Positions 43,603 through 54,077 of a stretch of DNA of 64,000 nucleotides are shown here, piece after piece. The position numbers were made by a program, and so were the translations under genes. Each line of letters begins with the position of its first letter. The stretch's first letter is position 1. A model generated the notes under the pieces. That model was not told the DNA's origin, searched no databases, and worked only from the letters and a program-made list of their open reading frames with translations. This DNA is from an uncultured delta proteobacterium. GTDB lineage: Bacteria > Myxococcota_A > Polyangia > Haliangiales > Haliangiaceae. The DNA lies in NCBI GenBank assembly GCA_963848295.1, contig CAWKDB010000010.1, positions 4,640,001 through 4,704,000 on the forward strand. The letters run 5' to 3'.

Positions 43603-44220
43603 TTAGGGCGCGGCCGAGCCCGACGAGCCGCTGCCGCTCGGCGGTGGCACATCGTGGCCACCGAGGCGAATCTCGCGCAGGCCACGCTCGCCGGCCTTGC
43701 GAAAACCGATCGGATCGCGGTGCGGATCGATGCCGGACTTCACGCCGGCGTCGAGGTGCTCTTGATAGAGCTGCATGCGGACCTCTTCCCAGCTCGGGCA
43801 CACCGCTTGGTCGTCGGTGCGTTGCGCGTCATGGCACACGTTGAGCGCGCGGTTCGCGTAGTCGAGTGCGGGGATGACGTCGAGGTGATCGACGTACGCG
43901 ACACTGGTCGCCAGCAACGCGCGCCATTGCGTGGGCGAGTGCTTCGTTCGGGCGCTGCCGCGCACCGCGACATCGATCGCCCAGTCTTTGAACCCAGCGG
44001 CATCGAGCTTGCGGGTGTAGTCCTCGAGCGCTCGGCCATCATCGGGCTTCGCGATCGTGCGCGCCTCGGCGAGCGCGAGCTCGAACTGTGCGGCGGGCGT
44101 GTTCTTCTTGCCCCACAGGACCGAGAAACCGAACATCTCGCGCGCCGGGAGCACGACCGTCACCAACACGATGGTGATGATTCCGAGATCGACGATCCCG
44201 ATGAAGCGCGGCAGCCGCAT
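43603..44220 (-). CDS. Membrane-anchored helical (TPR-like) hypothetical protein
   Basis: N-terminal TM, helical pattern, typical codon usage. Confidence 0.65.
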   Translation of the reverse strand: MRLPRFIGIVDLGIITIVLVTVVLPAREMFGFSVLWGKKNTPAAQFELALAEARTIAKPDDGRALEDYTRKLDAAGFKDWAIDVAVRGSARTKHSPTQWRALLATSVAYVDHLDVIPALDYANRALNVCHDAQRTDDQAVCPSWEEVRMQLYQEHLDAGVKSGIDPHRDPIGFRKAGERGLREIRLGGHDVPPPSGSGSSGSAAP

Positions 44221-44465
44221 ACAACTACGACAGTAGCGAAGCCGGCTTGGTTCCTGCGAACTGCCGTGGATCTAACGGCACACATTCGGCGCTGCCGCGG
44301 GCCACGGGTAAACCAGCGCCGTCGCCTTTCGCCCCGATCCGGCGCGAGATGCTACGGCGGTGATCTCGGTGACGCGATCTGACTTTTCAGTCATCTTCAG
44401 GAGTTGCTGCGTGGATCTGGCTTTGCACAACGTGCGCGAACCAAAGACCTCCTGGAGGACCGTTC

Positions 44466-45107
44466 ATGTTGACTGCTATTTCGACCGCGTTCCACAAAGG
44501 CGGATGGGGCATGTGGCCCATCCTTTTCACCTCGGTCGTGACCATCGCGATCATCGTGGAACGCGCGGTGTATCTGTTCCGCGCTTCGGTCGACAAAGAC
44601 AAGCTGCTCGCGTTGCTCAAGAGCCAAGTCATGTCGGGCAACGTCCAGGGCGCCATCAAGGTGTGCTCGGGTAACCCGACGCCGATGACCCGGATCGTCC
44701 AGGCCGGTCTCATGAAGTTCAATAAGAGTGACGATGAAGTCCAGGCTGCGATGGACGAAGCCGCGCTCCGCGAGCTACCGAAGATCAACGCGCGCACGCC
44801 GTACCTGGCGATGACCGCGAACTTCGCCGTGATGGCAGGCCTCCTGGGAACCATCTCGGGCATGATCAAGTCGTTCGGCTCGGTCGGTAATCAAGAGGGT
44901 GGCAACCAGGCGACCGAGCTCGCGAACGGCATCTCGGAAGCGCTGAACTGCACCGCGTTCGGTATCGGTACGTCGCTCGTCGGCCTGCTCGGGTTCTCGC
45001 TGCTCCAGGGCAAGACCACGCACGTCGTCGACGACATCAACGAAGTGACGGTCCAGGTCGTCAACCTCGTGACGACGCACCGCGCACAGATGCAGCCTCA
45101 GTCGTAA
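44466..45107 (+). CDS. aglR: MotA/TolQ/ExbB proton channel, AglR-like
   Basis: GGWGMWPI..IIVER, GLLGTISGMIKSF, LANGISEALNCTAFG, GGAGG RBS. Symbol inferred from operon context. Confidence 0.85.
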   Translation: MLTAISTAFHKGGWGMWPILFTSVVTIAIIVERAVYLFRASVDKDKLLALLKSQVMSGNVQGAIKVCSGNPTPMTRIVQAGLMKFNKSDDEVQAAMDEAALRELPKINARTPYLAMTANFAVMAGLLGTISGMIKSFGSVGNQEGGNQATELANGISEALNCTAFGIGTSLVGLLGFSLLQGKTTHVVDDINEVTVQVVNLVTTHRAQMQPQS

Positions 45108-45148
45108 GGACTCCTCGAACCTAGAAACTCTAGCGAGGAGGACCACTC

Positions 45149-45652
45149 ATGGGCGCATCATTAGGAACAGGCGATAAGAAGAGCGTCAACGTCGAGCTCA
45201 ACATCGTCCCGTTCATCGATCTGATGAGCTGCTTGACCGCCTTCCTGCTGGTCACGGCGGTCTGGGTCAACATCGCCCAGATCAACATCCAGCCGAAGGG
45301 CAAGTCGCGCGACATGACCACGGTCGTCACCGAAGACGACAAGGTCATCCTGTCGATACTCGTGCAGGCCGATCGCATCACGATCGGTCTGTCTCGCCTC
45401 GACCAGTTCTTTCCGATCACGAAGATCGGCGAGGACCAGGACTGGGTGAAGTTCGAGTCGACGCTCAAGGAACAGAAAGCTTCGTCGTACTTCACGGAGC
45501 GCACGGACCTCGAGATCGCGGCTGAATCGACGACCGCGCAGCCGGTCAAGTACCAAGACATCATCCACGCCATGGACATCGCCATCAAGGTGGGGTTCCT
45601 CGACGTCGGACTCACCGACCCCGCCGGACTTACGGCGAAGCCGAGCATGTAG
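45149..45652 (+). CDS. aglQ: ExbD/TolR family, AglQ-like
   Basis: LNIVPFIDLMSCLTAFLL, YQDIIHAMD; first of two ExbD genes. Confidence 0.8.
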   Translation: MGASLGTGDKKSVNVELNIVPFIDLMSCLTAFLLVTAVWVNIAQINIQPKGKSRDMTTVVTEDDKVILSILVQADRITIGLSRLDQFFPITKIGEDQDWVKFESTLKEQKASSYFTERTDLEIAAESTTAQPVKYQDIIHAMDIAIKVGFLDVGLTDPAGLTAKPSM

Positions 45653-45661
45653 GAGGCGAAG

Positions 45662-46276
45662 ATGCCGGTACATTCAGCAGGCCCGCGCCTCTACAAGTCG
45701 ATCAAGTTCAAACAGCTGGTCAAAGGTCACGGCTCGGCCGCGGCCGGCGGCCGGTCGTCGAACATCGCGCTCAACCTGACGCCGTTCGTCGACATGATGA
45801 CGATCCTCGTCACGTTCTTGCTGATGGTGTTCTCGTCGTCCGGTCAGCTGCTCCAAGCGCAAAAGGGCCTCGAGCTGCCGAAGGCGGACTCGAAGGATAC
45901 GTTGCAGGAGGCGCCGGTCATCATCGTGACCAAGACCGACATCACCTATAAGGGGGTCGGCGTCGTGACGGTGGAGAACGCGCTCAAAGATGATTCGCCG
46001 AAGATCGACGCGCTGTCGGAGCGGCTGACCGCCGATGCCGAGAAGATCAAAGCGGACGTCGATGGTGGCTCGACCCATTATCCGAAGGATCTGATCAAGT
46101 CCTGCGAAGAAGCCGAGAAGAACCAACGCCAGCCGGCCGGAAAGATCTGCCCGAAGGGCCTCGCGATCCTTCAGGCCGACGAGGGTACCGACGCGCGTAT
46201 CATCAATAAAATCGTCATCACGGCGAAAGCCTCCGGTTTCGATAACCTGTTGTTCGCCGTCAAGAACAAGAACTAG
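45662..46276 (+). CDS. aglS: ExbD/TolR family, AglS-like
   Basis: LNLTPFVDMMTILVTFLL, LELPKA, LQADEG, GFDNLLFAV. Confidence 0.8.
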   Translation: MPVHSAGPRLYKSIKFKQLVKGHGSAAAGGRSSNIALNLTPFVDMMTILVTFLLMVFSSSGQLLQAQKGLELPKADSKDTLQEAPVIIVTKTDITYKGVGVVTVENALKDDSPKIDALSERLTADAEKIKADVDGGSTHYPKDLIKSCEEAEKNQRQPAGKICPKGLAILQADEGTDARIINKIVITAKASGFDNLLFAVKNKN

Positions 46277-46284
46277 GGGACGAC

Positions 46285-48522
46285 ATGACTCGACTCGACC
46301 GTCTGCTCGGCGGGGTCGTGCTGGCCTGCCTACTCGTGAGCCTCGCCGGCTGCCCGGATGATCAGTACAAGGCCAGCACCTGGACCAAGAAGCTCAATGA
46401 TCCGAAGGACGGCGCGCTCGCGCTGCAGAAGCTGGAGCAGCTCGGCGATCCGAGCGCGATTCCGGCGATCGGCGATGCGTGGAAGAGCTCCGGCCGTCCC
46501 GAGGGGCTGCTGCAAGTCATCATCTCGCTCGCGCGGCCACTGACTCCCGACCAAGCGGCGAAGGAGTTCTATACCGACTACCAGACGACCGGACGCCCTG
46601 CGAGCTGGGCCGCGGCGTTGCCGTACCTGACCGAAGCGGTTGCCGAAGTCGATGAAGCGAGCCCGCGCCAGGTCGAGAGTGCGGCCAAAGCCGCCGAAGC
46701 GATCGGCAAAGCGGGGCTGAGCGATGGCCTTGACGCGCTCGCGGAGCTCGCGAAGAAGCCGGTGACCGAGAAGCTGCTCGATGCCCAGATGGCGGCGATC
46801 CGCGCGATGGGCAACTTCACGCAGCCCGCCGACAAGACGAAGGCGGTCGCGGCGCTGAAGACGATCATCGAGCGCGAGCCGCCCGCGAACCCGCGGACCG
46901 AGAAGGACGCGGCGAAGCAGCGCTTGCTCGTCGTGACCTACACGATGTTCCAGAAGACGACCGCCGCGGCGATCAACTCGGTCGGCGACATGCGCTCGCC
47001 CGACGCGACCGAGGCGATCGCGCTCGCGATGTTCCGGACGCCCGATCTGTTCGGGTTCTGTCGCCGCGCGCTCGTCGCGGCCGGCCCTGGTGCCGAGAAG
47101 ATGATGCGCGAGATCCTGCGTGGCGAGAACAAGCCGGTCAATGACCTGTTCCTCGCGAAGAAGCTCGACAAGTACTGCGGCGACGCCGGCGACTACAAGC
47201 CCGAGCAGTGCTCGCCGCTCGGGGCGAAGGACTTCTACGCGGCGGTCGTGCTCGGCGACTTCTACGATCCGACGTCGGTCGGCGATCTGCTGACCGCGCT
47301 CAAGCGGCCGATGCTGCCGCAGTACTACAACGACGATCAGCCCAGCGGCTCGACGAACTACACCGCGATTTTCTCGGCGCTCAAGAAGATCGGCTCGGCC
47401 GAGGCGGCTCCGATCGTGCGCGCGATGTGGGACGTCAGCGCGCCCGCCCCGAAGGCGCCGAAGCGAGGCGCGAAGCCCGCAGCGGCTGCTGCGCCCGAGG
47501 AGGGTGGCGACCGCGGCGTCATCCGCACGCTCGCCGTCGATGCCTATCCGTTCCTAGCGCGCGATAGCTCGGCGGCGCCCGCGCTCGCGAAGATCGCAGA
47601 TAGCCCCGGCGACAACGGTCTGCGCGCGAGTGCAGCCGCTGCGTTTGCTCGGCTCACGACAGATGCGAAGGACATCGACGTGCTCCAGCACATGGCGCAG
47701 CTCCAGTTCGACGTTGCCAAGAAGAACGCGGATATCGCGGCGAAGGAGAAGGACAAGGCGACCGCCGCCGACAAGGACTTCGAGACCGTGACGCAGCAGC
47801 GCAACGCCGCGAAGGCGGGATTGCAAAAGCTAATCCACGATCCGTCGAAGACCGACGCTCAGAAGAGAGAAGCGAAGGACGCCGACAAGAAGTTCGAGGA
47901 CGACTACAAGGCCGAGAAGAAGAAGCACGCCGAGCTGACCGGCGCGTTCCATCAAGCGACCGACAACGCGAAGGTGTTCAAGTCGTTCGGCCGGCAGTTC
48001 CAGAGCCACGTCGGTCGCATCGTCGTCGCGCTGCGCTGCAAGCAAGACCTCAACTGCTACGTCAAGACGCTCACGCTCACGCCTGACCAGGCCGCGAACG
48101 ACAGCGCGCCGTACATCAAGGACATCAAAGACTGGACCGCCGAAGAGAAAGGCGCCCTGGTCGACGCCGAGGTCGAGCGCGCGATGCTCGAGATCGGCAA
48201 GCGTGGCACGGCCGCGGCGGGGTTGACCGATCAGCTGCTCGAGGCAGCGAAGTCCGATGACCATGGCGTGCGCGAGAGCGTGCTGCTCGCGCTCCCGAAG
48301 ATCGCGAAGGTGCCGTGCGCGAACTGCGAAGCGAAGCTCGACGAAGCGATCAAGGCCGGCGAGGGCAAGAGCACGGTGCGGGACCTCACCGTCGAGACCC
48401 AGATGCTACGGAACTACTTCTCGTGGGCCGGCGGGAAGACGCCGAGCGCTCCACCGCCGCCGTCGTCCGACGATGGTGCCGGGGCTCCGCCCACGAAGGC
48501 GCCGAAGAAGAAGGCGAAGTAG
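46285..48522 (+). CDS. HEAT-repeat lipoprotein with coiled-coil insert
   Basis: LAGC lipobox, repeated HEAT-like helices (ALQKLEQLGDPSAIPAI, AAINSVGDM, VRESVLLALPK), Lys/Asp-rich coiled coil. Confidence 0.75.
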   Translation: MTRLDRLLGGVVLACLLVSLAGCPDDQYKASTWTKKLNDPKDGALALQKLEQLGDPSAIPAIGDAWKSSGRPEGLLQVIISLARPLTPDQAAKEFYTDYQTTGRPASWAAALPYLTEAVAEVDEASPRQVESAAKAAEAIGKAGLSDGLDALAELAKKPVTEKLLDAQMAAIRAMGNFTQPADKTKAVAALKTIIEREPPANPRTEKDAAKQRLLVVTYTMFQKTTAAAINSVGDMRSPDATEAIALAMFRTPDLFGFCRRALVAAGPGAEKMMREILRGENKPVNDLFLAKKLDKYCGDAGDYKPEQCSPLGAKDFYAAVVLGDFYDPTSVGDLLTALKRPMLPQYYNDDQPSGSTNYTAIFSALKKIGSAEAAPIVRAMWDVSAPAPKAPKRGAKPAAAAAPEEGGDRGVIRTLAVDAYPFLARDSSAAPALAKIADSPGDNGLRASAAAAFARLTTDAKDIDVLQHMAQLQFDVAKKNADIAAKEKDKATAADKDFETVTQQRNAAKAGLQKLIHDPSKTDAQKREAKDADKKFEDDYKAEKKKHAELTGAFHQATDNAKVFKSFGRQFQSHVGRIVVALRCKQDLNCYVKTLTLTPDQAANDSAPYIKDIKDWTAEEKGALVDAEVERAMLEIGKRGTAAAGLTDQLLEAAKSDDHGVRESVLLALPKIAKVPCANCEAKLDEAIKAGEGKSTVRDLTVETQMLRNYFSWAGGKTPSAPPPPSSDDGAGAPPTKAPKKKAK

Positions 48523-48542
48523 CAACGCGGCCTTAGGGTTCG

Positions 48543-48573
48543 GCGATCGCGGCGGTTCCGCGGTCGCGATTTT
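48543..48573 (+). terminator. Possible intrinsic terminator of the agl operon
   Basis: GCGATCGCGG/CCGCGGTCGC hairpin followed by GATTTT. Confidence 0.35.
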
Positions 48574-48591
48574 GTGCTACGTCTCAAGGCA

Positions 48592-48665
48592 CGGGGCGTA
48601 GCGCAGTCTGGTAGCGCACCTGGTTTGGGACCAGGGAGTCGGAGGTTCGAATCCTCTCGCCCCGA
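48592..48665 (+). tRNA. tRNA-Pro(TGG)
   Basis: CGGGGCG/CGCCCCG acceptor, anticodon stem CCTGG/CCAGG with loop TT-TGG-GA, GGTTCGAATCC. CCA not encoded. Confidence 0.96.
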
Positions 48666-48765
48666 CTAGAGCTTTGGCGGATCGCGCGTTCCCGCGCGCT
48701 GGGATCACGCTGAATGCGCGCGGGCGCACGGTGGACCGCGGCGCCCGCCCCGCTGTTCGGAGAGC

Positions 48766-50559
48766 GTGGTGGGACCGATCGAGATGCCGGCACCGCCGTT
48801 GCAAATCGAGTCGGGCGTGGCCTGTTCGTCGCCCGCACCGCGGCCAAGATTCGCGGTGCGGCAGATCTCGCTGCTCGCGATCGTCCTCGGATTGGTCGCT
48901 GGTCTCGGCGCGTATGTGTTTCGCGTCTTGATCGCCGTGTTTCACAACCTGCTGTTATGCGGGCGGCTATCGGCCACCTACGACACGAACGTGCACACGC
49001 CACCGAGTCCGTGGGGGGTGGGCGTCGCGCTCGTTCCCGCCATCGCGGCGCTGTTCGTGGTGTTCGTCGTCAAGCGCTGGGCCCCGGAGGCCAAGGGACA
49101 CGGCGTTCCCGAGGTCATGGACGCGATCCACTACGAGGGCGGCGAGATCCGGCCGGTCGTCGCGGCCGTCAAGTCCGTGGCCTCCGCCGTGTCGATCGGC
49201 AGCGGTGGGTCGGTCGGCCGCGAGGGACCGATCATCCAGATCGGCGCGGCGTTCGGGTCGTGGGCCGGTCGTCTGTTCCACGTCTCGCGATGGCAGCGCA
49301 CGACGCTCGTCGCCGCCGGCGGCGGCGCAGGGATCGCGGCGACGTTCAATACACCGATCGGCGGCGTGCTGTTTGCCGTCGAGGTCCTCATGCACGAGGT
49401 CAGCGTACGGACGCTCGTGCCGGTCACGCTCGCGACCGCGACCGCCACGTTCGTCGGTCGATGGCTGTTCGGCAACCACCCCGCGTTCGCGATCCCGACG
49501 ATCCACATGCCTGCGGTCGCGAGCGTCGCGCTGTTGCCCGCGTACGCCGGCCTCGGCGTGATCGCCGCCGGGGCGGCGGGGCTGTTCATTCGAGCGCTGT
49601 ATGGAATGGAAGACTTCTGCGAGGGCCGCATTCGCAACGACTACCTCCGTCACGCGCTCGGGATGTTCGGGGTCGGCGTCGTGATGACGACCCTGGCGAT
49701 CACCGCGGGGCATTACTTCGTGCAAGGCGTCGGGTACGCGACGATCCTCGATGTGCTCGAACATTCGCGCACCAGCATCGTGATGCTGGCGACGCTGTTT
49801 GCGCTCAAGCTCCTCGTCACCTCGTTGACCCTGGGATCCGGGGCCTCGGGTGGGATCTTCTCGCCGTCGCTGTTCATGGGCGCGGTGCTCGGCGGCGGCT
49901 ACGGCATCGTGCTCGACGCGCTGTTTCCGGGCCTGCACCTCGATCCGAGCGCTCTCGCGCTCGCCGGGATGGCAGGGGTCGTGGCCGGGGCGACCGGCGC
50001 CCCGCTCACCGCGATCGTGATGATCTTCGAGATGACCCTCGACTACACCGTCGTCTTGCCGATGACGCTCACCGTCGCGGTCGCCCACGGCCTGCGCCAG
50101 CGCCTGGTCCGGGACACGATCTACACGATGAAGCTGAGCCGTCGCGGTCACGTGATCCCGAATGCGCTCCATGCCACGGCGTTTCTCGTACGCCCGGTGA
50201 GCGGCTTGAAGCTCGCGCGCGCGGCGACCGTGCCTGCGGACGCGCCGCCATCGCGGCTCACCGGCGACGAGCCCTATGTGGCGATCATGCACGACGGAGC
50301 GGTGGACGGGCTGTTGTCGCGACCGTGGCTCGTCGCGAATCGCGATCGGGTGCGTGCCGCGCAGACCGTCGGAGAGCTCGCCGACGGGGCTCCGGTCGTA
50401 GTCTCGCAAGACACGCGGATGGTCGACGCCCTCGCAGAGCTGCACCGGACCGGGCGGGCGTACGCGGTGGTGCTACGAGACGGCGCCGTGCAAGGGGTGA
50501 TCACCGAACCTCAGCTCGCCCGTAGACTGATCGACGAGGTGGTGGATCTCGCAGACTGA
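48766..50559 (+). CDS. ClC family chloride channel/antiporter with CBS domains
   Basis: GHGVPE, GREGP, FNTPIGG, GIFSP, IYTMKL, C-terminal CBS-like region; start uncertain. Confidence 0.9.
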   Translation: MVGPIEMPAPPLQIESGVACSSPAPRPRFAVRQISLLAIVLGLVAGLGAYVFRVLIAVFHNLLLCGRLSATYDTNVHTPPSPWGVGVALVPAIAALFVVFVVKRWAPEAKGHGVPEVMDAIHYEGGEIRPVVAAVKSVASAVSIGSGGSVGREGPIIQIGAAFGSWAGRLFHVSRWQRTTLVAAGGGAGIAATFNTPIGGVLFAVEVLMHEVSVRTLVPVTLATATATFVGRWLFGNHPAFAIPTIHMPAVASVALLPAYAGLGVIAAGAAGLFIRALYGMEDFCEGRIRNDYLRHALGMFGVGVVMTTLAITAGHYFVQGVGYATILDVLEHSRTSIVMLATLFALKLLVTSLTLGSGASGGIFSPSLFMGAVLGGGYGIVLDALFPGLHLDPSALALAGMAGVVAGATGAPLTAIVMIFEMTLDYTVVLPMTLTVAVAHGLRQRLVRDTIYTMKLSRRGHVIPNALHATAFLVRPVSGLKLARAATVPADAPPSRLTGDEPYVAIMHDGAVDGLLSRPWLVANRDRVRAAQTVGELADGAPVVVSQDTRMVDALAELHRTGRAYAVVLRDGAVQGVITEPQLARRLIDEVVDLAD

Positions 50560-50581
50560 GCGAAGCACCGCCCCGACCCGG

Positions 50582-51940
<1,359 letters not shown>

Positions 51941-52148
51941 GTGGTCGATCATACAGCGAACGGCCGGATCGCGCGGTGTAATCCAACGACCACATCGCCG
52001 GTGCGCCGGGTTTGCTGCCCCGCGGCGCAAGCGCTAGTCGGCACCGCACCGGTGACACAGACGCGCGGTCGGGAGATCGCGAGCGCGCTCGCGACGGCAC
52101 CTTCGCGACGTCGTCGACAGGAGGCTATGCGCGAGGCGACCCGCGCAA

Positions 52149-52164
52149 CGGCATGCGAGTTGCT
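52149..52164 (+). promoter_or_regulatory. Sigma54 -24/-12 promoter
   Basis: CGGCATG-CGAG-TTGCT, 12 nt before ATG 52177. Confidence 0.55.
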
Positions 52165-52176
52165 TTCTCGATGCCC

Positions 52177-52329
52177 ATGATCCGCCAGCTGAAGTCGGGC
52201 AAGTTCCGCCTCTATTCGCGCAAGACCGATGCGAAGACCGGCAAGCGCAAGAACCTCGGCACGTTCACCTCGCGCCGCGCCGCCGAGAGGCACGAGCGCG
52301 AGGTGCAATATTTCAAGCGCCATGGCTAG
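52177..52329 (+). CDS. Small basic hypothetical protein (50 aa)
   Basis: MIRQLKSGKFRLYSRKTDAKTGKRKNLGTFTSRRAAERHEREVQYFKRHG; three-strand plus helix pattern like AP2/Arm DNA-binding domains. Confidence 0.7.
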   Translation: MIRQLKSGKFRLYSRKTDAKTGKRKNLGTFTSRRAAERHEREVQYFKRHG

Positions 52330-52672
52330 CGCTCGCGCGACGTGGAGCGAGCTGAAGAGGTTCGCGAAGGGCATCGCCGAACAACTCGCGAGCGATCAGC
52401 CGGCCGCGTACACGTCGAGCATGGCGAAGGCGCGGCGGAAGGGCCGCGTGTTCGTCGATTACTTGCGCAACGCGCGCGGCGCGACCTTCGTGTCGCCGTA
52501 CTCACCACGCGCGCGTCCCGGCGCGCCGATCGCGACGCCGATCACCTGGGACGAGCTCACCGGTGGCATCGACCCGGCCGCGTTTACCCTGCGCACCCTG
52601 CCGGCGCGACTCGAGTCGCTGGCGCGCGATCCGTGGGACGGCTTCCTGGAGCTCGAGCAGTCGATCGTCTAG
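52322..52672 (+). pseudogene. C-terminal fragment of a LigD polymerase (Prim-Pol) domain
   Basis: KARRKGRVFVDYLRNARGATFVSPYSPRARPGAPIATPITWDEL; lacks the N-terminal DxD and KTSG motifs. Confidence 0.75.
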
Positions 52673-52698
52673 TGAGGGCCGCGTCAGCGGCGTTGGCG

Positions 52699-53964
52699 CT
52701 AGGCTCGCAGCGCGCGCAACTCGGGGCCGAGCTCCGGTGCGTAGATCAGGCGCAGCGTCGAGACCGGCCGGCCGAGCGGTAGATCTTCGAACAGCCGGCC
52801 GAGCGTGACCGAGCCGTGGCGCGGGTGACCGATGACGTGGAGCTCTTCGTCGTTCGCCGCGCTGTAGCCGAGCTGACTCGCGGTGTCGAGCTCGAGGTAG
52901 CTCGCGGCGGCGTCACCGAACTTGCGTTGCGCGATCGCGAGCGCACGCGGCCACAACGCGTCGGCGACCGTCCGATCGTCGCCGAGCTCGAGGGTCTTGA
53001 ACAACCGGCGACTGACGAGCCGCGCCGACAGATCGTGTAACACCGGGTCCGTCGCGCCGGGTCCGTCCACGCCCGCCCAGCGATCGAGCGCGGTCGTGAC
53101 CGAGATGTCGTGCAGCCCGAGATAATCGGCGACGCCGACCGGTTCGCCGCGCGCCATCGCACCTGCGATCGGCAGACCTTCGGGCTCGGCGCCCGCGCGA
53201 GTCAGCTGCGCGAAGCGCGCGAGCGTCTTGATGAACATGTGCTCCGCCGCGCGCACGGTCTTGTGGTGATAGACCTGCGCATACATGTACGAACGCGCGA
53301 ACAAGTACTGCTCGACCGCGTACATGCCGCGGCGGTAGTCGACGACGAGATCGTGCGGATCGGTCGAGCCGGGATGGACCTCGGCGATCTGCAGGGCGTG
53401 GATGATCCAGTCGAGGTCGTAGGTCGCGTAGCCGGCGCCGGAGTAATGGCCATCGCGCAGCAAGTAGTCGAGGCGATCGGCATCGAGCTGCGACGACACC
53501 AGCTTGCGCGCGAACTGCGGGTGATATTGCTTGCCGAAGAACTTGCTCAGCGTCGTCGGCAGACCGGGCTCGAGCTGGTCGAGCCCCGCGGCGAGCTCGC
53601 CGTCTTCGGTCGCGATCCGGCCGCCCCAATGCTCGTGGTCGTGGCCGCCGAACACGTGCTCCCACGCGTGCGAGAACGGGCCATGACCGACGTCGTGAAG
53701 CAGCGCCGCGACCTTGACGTGGCGCGCGACGTCGGGCGCGAGCTCGAGCCGGCGCGCGAGCCGTTGTGCGATGTGAAAAGCCCCGAGCGCGTGACCGAAC
53801 CGCGAGTGCTCGGCGCCCGGATAGACCAGCCAAGCGAACCCCATCTGCTTGATCCGGCGCAGGCGCTGCATCGCGCGCGTATCGAGCAGATCCGCGATCG
53901 GGCGGTCGTCGGCTTTGAACTCGATCAAGCCGTGCACCGGGTCGCGGAAGACGCGGTCTTTCAC
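52699..53964 (-). CDS. HD-domain phosphohydrolase (SAMHD1/dNTPase-like)
   Basis: [56 protein letters not shown]. Confidence 0.92.
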   Translation of the reverse strand: MKDRVFRDPVHGLIEFKADDRPIADLLDTRAMQRLRRIKQMGFAWLVYPGAEHSRFGHALGAFHIAQRLARRLELAPDVARHVKVAALLHDVGHGPFSHAWEHVFGGHDHEHWGGRIATEDGELAAGLDQLEPGLPTTLSKFFGKQYHPQFARKLVSSQLDADRLDYLLRDGHYSGAGYATYDLDWIIHALQIAEVHPGSTDPHDLVVDYRRGMYAVEQYLFARSYMYAQVYHHKTVRAAEHMFIKTLARFAQLTRAGAEPEGLPIAGAMARGEPVGVADYLGLHDISVTTALDRWAGVDGPGATDPVLHDLSARLVSRRLFKTLELGDDRTVADALWPRALAIAQRKFGDAAASYLELDTASQLGYSAANDEELHVIGHPRHGSVTLGRLFEDLPLGRPVSTLRLIYAPELGPELRALRA

Positions 53965-53985
53965 CGCGGCATCCTAGCACTGGGT

Positions 53986-54077
53986 CGGTTGACAAGAATT
54001 CCTCCGTCCCCACGTAACCACTCGTTCTTGCTACGGTCAGGCTCCCTCGTGCGGTTGACAAAGATTCCTCCGTCCCC
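53986..54077 (+). repeat. 26-bp direct repeat, two copies 66 bp apart
   Basis: cggttgacaagaattcctccgtcccc (53986-54011) and cggttgacaaagattcctccgtcccc (54052-54077), 24/26 identical. Confidence 0.85.
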
